Source: Octopus sinensis
Taxonomy: Eukaryota
DNA: 64,000 nt
NCBI RefSeq assembly: GCF_006345805.1
Contig: NC_043012.1
Location: 37,510,001-37,574,000, forward strand
Reading direction: 5' to 3'
Shown here: in pieces, positions 54,207 through 64,000 of the stretch
Layout of the letters: each line of letters begins with the position of its first letter
Position numbering within the stretch: the stretch's first letter is position 1
The notes under the pieces: generated by a model
Told to the model about the DNA's origin: nothing
What the model saw: the letters and a program-made list of their open reading frames with translations, nothing else
Databases searched by the model: none
Made by a program: the position numbers and the translations under genes

Positions 54207-57200
54207 AAAACTCGTGCAGGTATGGGAAGGGAAGTTGAATTTGTGTACATTTCCCATCTACTACTCCCTACCCTTACACCTATTCTTGCAATACGAGTGA
54301 TTAATCTGTAACCCTTCCATGACCATCCATACTACTCATGAAATGCACTGCCTCTGTGTTTTAATTAATTCTGACATAAATCATGAATATTTAGGAGCTT
54401 TCATACAATTATTGTTTGCATAGGTGCAGGCATGGCTGTGTGGTTAAGAAGCTAGCTTCCCAACCCTGTGGCCTTGGGTTCAATTTCATTGCATGGCACC
54501 ATGGACAAAACCAAGGCCTTTGTATGTGGACTTGGTAAATGGAAACTGAAAGAAGCTTGTCATATGAATGCATGTAATGCATGAATGTAGTGTGTGTATG
54601 TATGTGTGTATGTAATGTGTGAAATGTATGTAATATCTGCCATATATGTATGTAATGTATGTATGTATATAATGTATGTATTTATGTAATGTATGTAATA
54701 TATGTATGTAATGCATGAATGTAGTGTGTGTATGTATGTGTGTATGTAATGTAATGCATGTAATGTATCTATGTAATGTATGTAACATATTTATGTATGT
54801 AATGTATGAATCTATGTAATGTATGTAAGTAATGTGTGTATGTAAGGTATGTATGTATAAATGTATGTATTTATGTAATGTATGTATGTAACATATGTAA
54901 TGTAAGTGTGTTATGTAATGTATGTAAGTATGTTATATTATTGTTCATTTTTATGTCAAGTTATAATAACAACAATTTTACACTAAGCCGGAAGATCACT
55001 CAATACTTTTAGTAGAGTGCATATCATTCTTTAAGAAGAACAGTGAAGACAGTGAGTTCGAAGGTTTAGTCTGGTAAGGTATATTATCTTACTGACTGAT
55101 GATGGCTTAGCAGTACAAAAGAATCAAAGTCACAGCCAATGCTATTATTATTATTATCTCTTTAGCATTTGGACTAGTTAATCGGTCAAATGTAATGTTT
55201 GTTTGATCACATTGTTTTGAATTAATCATGCATCAACTTGTAGCTTCAGGATTCCTGATGATGTGATTGTTTATTTGTAGACGGGCATCGTAGGATGGGT
55301 GAGAGAGGCCAGATCTGTCCTATTTGAACATAAAACAGGTGGAATATTTTGGTTGGATATGGCTGGTTTTAATGCAAAAGGATTAAACGATTAATGTGTG
55401 TGTGTGTGTGTGTGTTCCCTACTACCATTTGGCAACTAGTGTTGGTTTGTTTATATTCCCATAACTTATTGGTTTAGCAAAAGAGACCGACAGAATAAAT
55501 ACCAGACTTACAAGTGTAAGTACTGAGGAAGATTTGATCAACTTAGCCTTTCATGTGGCGCACCAGCATGGCCACAGTCCAGTGACTAAATTGAGCAACA
55601 GAAGATCATTGAGCCAGTACAAGATTGGTATACTGGTAGAATCAGTAGACCATGTAGCATTGATTTTTGTTTTTTCAGCTCTTTACATTCTGAGTTCAAA
55701 ACCCAGCAAAGACAACTTTGTCTTTAATCTTTTCTGAGTCAACAAAGTGCCAGTCTAGTCCTAAGATGGACAAAATCAACAAATCCTTCCCTTCAAAATT
55801 GCTGGCCTTGTGCCTAAATTAGAATCAATTATTAAATTGGCTTGTTGAAATGGAATATTTTATAATTTACATGTGACCACGTTTAATATTCCTTTCTGTT
55901 ATAAGCAAATGGCCTGAAATTTTGCAGGAGAGGGCTAGTTGATTACATCAACCCCAGTGCATAACAGGTACTTATTTTATCTATCTCGAAAGGATGAAAG
56001 ACGAAGTTAACCTTGGCAGAATTTGAACTCAGAATGTAAAGAGGGACAAAATGTTGCTAAGCCCTTGCTGACCATGCTCACAATTCTGCTAGCTCACTGC
56101 ATTAAATGACCATGTTAATAGTCATTTCAAATTTTGGCACAAGGCCAGAAATTTTGGAGGAGATGATATGTTGATTATATTGACCCCAGTGTTCAACTGG
56201 TACTTATTTTATCAGCCCTGAAAGGATGGTAGGAAAAGTCAACCTTAGCAGAATTTGAACTAAAAACATGAAGCATTTTACTCATGTGGTAAAGATTCTG
56301 CCAGCTTGAATGACCTTAAATGACCATGTTAACATATTATTAGCAGTTGTGCATCAGAGAACCAACTGAGATCTCTCAGGTGATTTCAAAAGGTCAAATC
56401 CATCTCTTTCATTCCCGAATTGTCAATTCACTTCTTGCTTTGAAATATTTTTTATTCTTATCTTTTTAGCTTTCATTTTAATTTGTCAAATGTAATTCTT
56501 ACTTCTTCACATTGTTTTGAATTAACCATGCATTATTTCTTAGCTTCAAGATTTCAGTGATATGATTGTTTATTTTTAGAATAACACAGAAGAGTAGAGA
56601 GACCAGATATGTCTAGTTTAAGCATAAAACACATAGAATATTTGGGCCAGATATGGCTGGTTGAAATGCTAAGCAGTTAATCATGCATTAGCTTATAGCT
56701 TTGAGATTTCAGTTGCTTATTTTTAGAATGATAAAGTAAGGTAGGCAGGAGAGGCCAAGTCTGGGCAGTCTGAACATAAAACAGGTAGAATAGTTGGGCC
56801 AGATATGGCTGATTTAAACATTAAAGCGTTAAGCTAAAGTCAGATCTGAGCCAGTAGATCTACACTCAAAGATGTGCCAAATGTATTGCAACCATCTTCA
56901 AACTCGGTGTTTCTGTAAATGTATATAATCATCCGAGCGAAGGCGCATGGACTAGCGGTAAGGACAGTCGGCTGATGATCATAAGGTCAGGAGTTCAATT
57001 CTTGGTGAGTCCTTGAGCAAAGCACTTTATTTCACATTGTTCCAGTCCACTCAACTGGCAAAAATGAGTAGTACATGTATGACAAAGGGCCAGACGTGTC
57101 ACACACTGTGTCACACTGAATCACATGCTGTGTCACACTCTGTGTCATGCTGAATCTCCGAGAATTACATAGAAGGTATGTGTGTCTGTGGAGTGCTCAG

Positions 57201-58043
57201 CCACTTGCACATTAATTTTACAAGCAGGTTGTTCCACTGATCGGATGAACTGGGACCCACATCATCATAACGAGCGAAGTGCCAGTAGGAGTGCTATCAT
57301 CCCACCTGGCCAAAAACTACCACAACACCACCATCCTAATGATATTATCCTTCTCCTACTTGCTCCACGCAAACAGATCAAAATCTGTAGGCCCAGCAAC
57401 AGCATCAATGGTTATCTGAGATTTACACTAGCAATGATAAGTAAAGTTAAAGTTACCTTTTAGAGTCATATCAACTCATAAGGGCTGGTTTCCAGGTTTC
57501 CATGACGTATACGTTCCCCGCCTGGATTGGTCACTCACTTTTGCCAGCTGAGCGGACTGGAGCAATGGGAAGTGAAGTGTTTTGCTCAAGAACACAATGC
57601 ATCACCCAGTCCGGGAATCGAAACCACATTCTTACAATCATGAGTCCAACACTTATACCACTAAGCTACACAGCTCCACAGTAATAATTGCCGAGAAATA
57701 ATAATTACTAAGATCGGAACCTGATTCTGTTATGAGCCACCACCAGAAGCTACATAGACAAGAGAAGAGTAGAGAGAATACATGTCCATACTCATGAGTA
57801 ACCATATATGTTGGTGTATAAGATACGCATTTACACATATGGAAGAAAAGGAGGAGAGAAAGGTGTTATGAGGGTCAGGGGAGCCTGAAATGGGGTGGTA
57901 TGTAACAGATTACTTCAAAGGAGCAGAGGCTATTGTGGTTGTAATATCCAGAGAGAGAGAGAGAGAGAAATGTTGTATATATGTAGAATGTTGATTATAC
58001 ATACATACATACATACATACACACACACCTAAGTACATATATT

Positions 58044-58075
<32 letters not shown>

Positions 58076-59007
58076 TAAGTACATTATATAAATATAAAAA
58101 CACATACATAAGTATATGTATACATACACAAGTACATATATATATACACACACACACACACACATAAGTACATTATATATATAAAATGCATGCATATATA
58201 CGTGTGTGTGTGTGTGCGCGCGCAAGTGAGTAACAGCATGAAATTATCTGGATGTATTTCTCTACAGTAATATAAATACAAATAACCATGATAGAAACAG
58301 ACATGAAAACTCAGATAAATATTTACACCAACATGGTCTCCTCAACTCTAAACTTCCCAAAATAGCCAGTTAGAAACTTTCCACCAGAAATCTAATAACA
58401 CCCAACACAAGTTCAATCACAAGTCTGATTAGTGCTCGGTGACCGATTTAATTTGCCTGCAACCATTTTTTTTTTTTGTGTGTGTAACCCTAAAACAACA
58501 GCAACTAACTTTCTATATAAAAAAAACATCATGGCCTTTATTTAACACACCTGTTAACATGGCTGCTTCAACACCTGACAGAACCCTAAACAGTAACAAA
58601 ATTCCTACATCAAACCAAATAATGTCTCCTCACAATAACTTTCTATCAACTCACCACTACAAACACATATTTTCTATCCTTCCCTATCCTCCTTCTTACT
58701 CAATTGCTTCTCTAGTAACCCTACACTGCCCTTAATTATCATTCCACATAGGTTCACCCACCCACATTCCAAAAAAAAAACAACCTCACCAAGGCAAAAC
58801 CCTTTAAACATAGGCGCAAGAGTGGCTGTGTGGTAAGTAGCTTGCTTACCAACCACATGGTTTCAGGTTCAGTCTCACTGCATGGCACCTTGGGCAAGTG
58901 TCTTCTACTATAGCCTCAGGCCAACCAAAACCTTGTGAGTGGATTTAGTAGGCGGAAACTGAAAGAAGCCCGTCGTATATATATGTATGTGTATATATAT
59001 ATATAGT

Positions 59008-59220
59008 TAAAGTTAATCCAAACAAGAAAACACAAAAAAACACAACAACGCAAGGATGTGGAACAAATATAGTATTATTGGATGCTCAGGAAAGAAGGGA
59101 GGAAGGAGGGTTTAACATTTCGAGCGGAGCTCTTCGTCGGAAACATAGGAGAAGGAAAGATCCAGAGAAGGGAAGACTGAGGAAAAAAAAATCGCCAACG
59201 GTACACAAGCGGTCACATTT
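59008..59220. repeat. Interspersed repeat family C, second copy (hammerhead-like motif, minus strand, 59110-59144)
   Basis: Minus strand gttt-CCGACGA-a-gagc-tcc-gctc-GAAAT-GTT-aaac. Confidence 0.75.
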
Positions 59221-59229
59221 TGAAATGTA

Positions 59230-59545
59230 TATATATATTGGCCTCCGTGCCGGTGGCACATAAAAAGCACCATTCGATTGTGGCTGTTGCCAGCCTTGTC
59301 TGGCCCCCGTGCTGGTGGCACGTAAAAAGCACCATCAAATCATGGCCGTTTGCCAGCCTCGTCTGGCACCTGTGCAGGTGGCACGTAAAAAGCATCCACT
59401 ACACTCACGGAGTGGTTGGCGTTAGGAAGGGCATCCAGCTGTAGAAACACTGCCAGATCAGACTGGGCCTGGCACAGCCTTCTGGCTTCCCAGACCTCAG
59501 TTGAACCGTCCAACCCATGCTAGCATGGAAAACGGACGTTAAATG
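59230..59545 (+). mobile_element. RTE 3' UTR-only insertion ending in (GAT)n
   Basis: Reverse complement of 44826-45230. Shorter tails of this family lie near 46197-46350, 49590-49680, 50850-51020 and 52250-52460. Confidence 0.8.
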
Positions 59546-60089
59546 ATGATGATGATGTATGTATGTGTGTGTATATGTGTGTGTATCTGCATTTGTCCCC
59601 CAACATTGCTTGACAACCGATGTTGGTGTGTTTACATCCCCATAGCTTAGCAGTTCAGCAAAAGCCACCGATAGAATAAGCACTAGGCTTACAAAGAATA
59701 AGTCCCAGGGTCGATTTGCTCAACTAAAGGTGGTGCTCCAGCTCGGCCAAGTCAAATGATTGAAACAAGTAAAAGAGTATGTACTCTACTAAAAAAAAAA
59801 TGGAGTAATCCTTAGTTTAATGTTAAACCGGCTTTCTAGATATAACTTGAGATAAAAACAAACAGTATAAAATACCCATCTGCATAGCATACTTAATGTA
59901 TACACACAATCAATGGTTCACTTCCTATAGTATTTGTCCATATATATATAGGCCTGGTTGTGTGCTAAGAAGTTTGCTTCCCAACTACATGGTTCTGGGT
60001 TTAGTCCCATTCTGTGACACTGAAGTGTCTTCTTTTATAGCATTGTGAGTGGATTTAGTAGGAAGAAACTGAAAGAAGCCCATCATATA

Positions 60090-62000
60090 TAGCTTCATCA
60101 TCATTTAACATTTGTTGTCCATGGGTTGGACGGTATGACCAGACTGAAAAACTAGGTGGATGCACCAGGCTCCAGTCTGATTTGCCTAGGTTTCTACAGC
60201 TGGATGCCCTTCTCAATACCAATTATTTTACAGAGTGTGCTGGATGCTTTTACATGGCACTGCACAGGCACTTTTATGTGACACTGCATAGGTCCTTTAC
60301 ATGGCACCGCACAGGCAATTTTACATGGCACTGCACGGGTGTTTTCATGTGGTACTGTACAGGTGCTTTTACGTGATACCACATGGGTACTTCTAAGTGG
60401 CACTGCACAGGTGCTTTTACGTGATACCACATGGGTACTTCTAAGTGGCACTGCACAGGTGCTTTTACGTGATACCACATGGGTACTTCTAAGTGGCACT
60501 GCACAGGTGCTTTTACGTGATACCACATGGGTACTTCTAAGTGGCACTGCACAGGTGCTTTTACGTGATACCACATGGGTACTTCTAAGTGGCCCTGCAC
60601 AGGTGCTTTTACGTGATACCACATGGGTACTTCTAAGTGGCACTGCACAGGTGCTTTTACGTGATACCACATGGGTACTTATATGTGGCACTGCACAGGT
60701 GCTTTTACGTGATACCACATGGGTACTTCTAAGTGGCACTGCACAGGTGCTTTTACGTGATACCACATGGGTACTTCTAAGTGGCCCTGCACAGGTGCTT
60801 TTACGTGATACCACATGGGTACTTCTAAGTGGCACTGCACAGGTGCTTTTACGTGATACCACATGGGTACTTATATGTGGCACTGCACAGGTGCTTTTAC
60901 GTGATACCACATGGGTACTTATATGTGGCCCTGCACAGGTGCTTTTACGTGATACCACATGGGTACTTCTAAGTGGCACTGCACAGGTGCTTTTACGTGA
61001 TACCACATGGGTACTTATATGTGGCCCTGCACAGGTGCTTTTACGTGATACCACATGGGTACTTATATGTGGCCCTGCACAGGTGCTTTTACGTGATACC
61101 ACATGGGTACTTATATGTGGCACTGCACAGGTGCTTTTACGTGATACCACATGGGTACTTATATGTGGCCCTGCACAGGTGCTTTTACGTGATACCACAT
61201 GGGTACTTCTAAGTGGCACTGCACAGGTGCTTTTACGTGATACCACATGGGTACTTCTAAGTGGCACTGCACAGGTGCTTTTACGTGATACCACATGGGT
61301 ACTTCTAAGTGGCACTGCACAGGTGCTTTTACGTGATACCACATGGGTACTTCTAAGTGGCACTGCACAGGTGCTTTTACGTGATACCACATGGGTACTT
61401 CTAAGTGGCACTGCACAGGTGCTTTTACGTGATACCACATGGGTACTTATATGTGGCCCTGCACAGGTGCTTTTACGTGATACCACATGGGTACTTCTAA
61501 GTGGCACTGCACAGGTGCTTTTACGTGATACCACATGGGTACTTATATGTGGCCCTGCACAGGTGCTTTTACGTGATACCACATGGGTACTTCTAAGTGG
61601 CACTGCACAGGTGCTTTTACGTGATACCACATGGGTACTTCTAAGTGGCCCTGCACAGGCACTTTTACTTGGCACTGCCAGGAGTGTTTTACACCACCAG
61701 CAGGATTGATCTTAATACTTCTGCTGCGGGTTATGGGTTTTTTTTAATACAGCCAGGCGCCAGGTACCTCAATCCTTTGACATCTCACCTGACAAGTTCA
61801 GCTTCCTGGGGGTCATTCTTCAGAACTTCATCCCATGTCTTCCTGAGTCTCCCACTTCCATGTGTTCCATCCACTTTCAGAGATTAGCACTTTACGGAGC
61901 TGTCAGCATCCATCCACATCACATGACCAAACCAGTACAGTCTTCTTTCTCTCTTGCACACAGCAACCAATTCCTCTTATTCCCATCTTCTCTCACAGAA
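60090..62000 (-). mobile_element. Old RTE LINE 3' fragment hosting the 48-bp minisatellite in its 3' UTR
   Basis: Right flank translates (minus) ERRLYWFGHVMWMD..GSGRLRKTWDEVLKND. The left flank is the RTE tail (catcatcatttaac...ctacagctggatgccc). Confidence 0.75.
60365..61660. repeat. 48-bp minisatellite x27 (two diverged 24-bp subunits)
   Basis: Unit gcttttacgtgataccacatgggt+acttctaagtggcactgcacaggt; 1296 bp = 27 x 48; flanked by degenerate 24-bp monomers (60247-60364, 61661-61684). Confidence 0.97.
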
Positions 62001-62229
62001 CACTGCCACTCTGTAAACTTATTCTTTTACTTGTTTCAGTCATTTGACTGCAGACATACTGGAGCAACCGCCTTGGAGGATTTTAGTCAAAGAAATCAAC
62101 CTCAGGATTTATTCTTTGTAAGCTTAGTACTTATTCTATTGGTCTCTTTTGCTAAACTGCTAAGTTACAGGGACATAAACATACCAACATTGGTTGTCAA
62201 GCAATAGTGTGGGGGACAAACAAAGACAC

Positions 62230-62303
<74 letters not shown>

Positions 62304-62833
62304 CTTCTTTCAGTTTCCATCTACCAAATCCAGTCACAAGGTATTGGTTGACCCGAGGCAATAGTAGAAGACACTTGCTCAAGGTGCCATGCAGTGGGAC
62401 TGAACCTAGAACGATGTGGTTTGGAAATAAGTTTCTTACCACACATCCACACCATATATATTTCGCATATAAACAGCCATCCGTGTCTCATACATAATGT
62501 ATACACAATGCCGATAGGCCAGTTACTGCAGTATTTATCTCTTTATGGACTTGCTGTGTTAAAACCGCAGTAACTATAAGAAATAGATGAAAATTTATCC
62601 CAGCAGCAGCAGCCAGCAAGAACACGACCACAAGCAATTCGGCCCATTTGGGCCGCAAGCATATACATAGAGTAAATATAAGATACTTCATCTCCTCACT
62701 GCCACAAACCCCACCATTACCGATAACGACATTGAATAAAAAGAGAGGCAGGGAGATGAACCACCGGATTTCTCTGCTTTAGGTTGTATTTTTAATTTTT
62801 GCATGTTATAAATAAGCTTAATCAGCAGTCACT

Positions 62834-62872
<39 letters not shown>

Positions 62873-63137
62873 TGTGTGTGTGTGTGGTGAAAAAGTGCAT
62901 GAATGAGTGTGTGTCAATGTGTGAGAAAGAGCGTATGTATGTGTAGGAGACAATTACTGTGTGAGTGTGTATTAGTGTGTGTCAGTAAGCCCGTGTGTGT
63001 GTGTGTGTAAGCATGTTTGTCACTGTGTGTGAATGTTAGTTGTGTGTGTGCATTTGTCAGTGTGTGTGTGTAGCATGTGTCAGTGTGTGCGTGTGCGTGT
63101 GCATATGTAAATGTGTGTGAGTGAGTGTACATGTAAA

Positions 63138-63169
<32 letters not shown>

Positions 63170-64000
63170 GATATGATGAATGTGGTGGGGTGAGGAGGGA
63201 TGTCCACATCTAAATATGTAAACAGCAAAATTTCAGTGAAGCAAGACTGGTTTCTAATTATGTCAGTGGGAGGAGAAGGTGGAGGTGGCAGAGGAGTGAA
63301 AGAGAGAAAGAGAGAGGAGAAAGTTGTTAGAAAGCAGTCGAGTGGGAGGGGGAGGAGATAGGTATATGGTGGTGGTGGTTGGGGGGGTGCATGGAAGAAA
63401 AGAGAGAAGGAGGCCATATGGCAATGGAGATAACTGAACAACCTCATGGAACTCAAGCTTTCTCTCTTTCTCTCATCATCTGTCTTTCTTCTTCTCTCTC
63501 CTCTCTCTTAAACATTTAATCTTTCTCCTTTCCTCAATATACTTACAATCTCCCTCTCTCCTTTTTTACTCCATACACACACACACACACACTCCCTCAT
63601 TCTAGCACTTTCAAGGATTCCATCTCACTTCTCACCCATCTGTATTCCACTGCCACCCACCCACCCAACACACACACACACAATCACCACCCTCTAGAAA
63701 ACAGTTTAACGATCCTAATTAGCAAACTGAACTCATCAATGCCTGTTCAGTCACATTTTTGGCACTACCAAACAACAGCCACACTCAACCAGCCAACAAA
63801 CCACCACCATCATAGCAACACTGCACCCCACCCCAATTCTTAACTTCAGAGAGCCTGGCTGACATTCAGCCAGATTTAACAGAGACAGATGTTCCAAAGA
63901 TGGCCAAAAACGATGTGTACTTTGTCCAAGGTCACACAGAACGGCACACTAACTTCTTCCAAAGTTACATCACAACGTTAGTCCCTTCTCTGACAGCACA

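Noticed and set aside
60194-61709. 493-aa and 456-aa ORFs; also a CRISPR-like look
   Set aside because: Open only because the 48-bp unit is a multiple of 3 and lacks stops. There are no unique spacers and no cas genes, and the array lies inside a LINE 3' UTR.

Overview
AT-rich, microsatellite- and SINE-saturated eukaryotic DNA. It is most likely an octopod cephalopod; this is inferred from the repeat landscape, not verified. The only host coding sequence I can identify is one minus-strand exon (5825-6089) of an RFX6-type transcription factor. It ends in the start of the DNA-binding domain (KKTVAQIMRDKKKQTALTLQW); I did not find the downstream exons in the window or the first exon. Most of the rest is transposon debris: tRNA-derived SINEs, 5'-truncated R4/Dong-like and RTE-like LINEs, a defective DD34D mariner, a Tc1/mariner-derived foldback element, and several tandem and inverted repeats. 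There is a 100-N gap at 41087-41186. Three things stand out. (1) About ten minimal type-I hammerhead-ribozyme-like motifs occur in several repeat families with covarying stems; one sits in the 3' part of a tRNA-headed SINE that has a Penelope-style inverted 5' arm. (2) There is a sharp switch from CpG-intact to CpG-decayed copies of the same SINEs near 41-42 kb. (3) A 27 x 48-bp minisatellite has grown inside an RTE 3' UTR. Nearly all long ORFs in the track are microsatellite artefacts.
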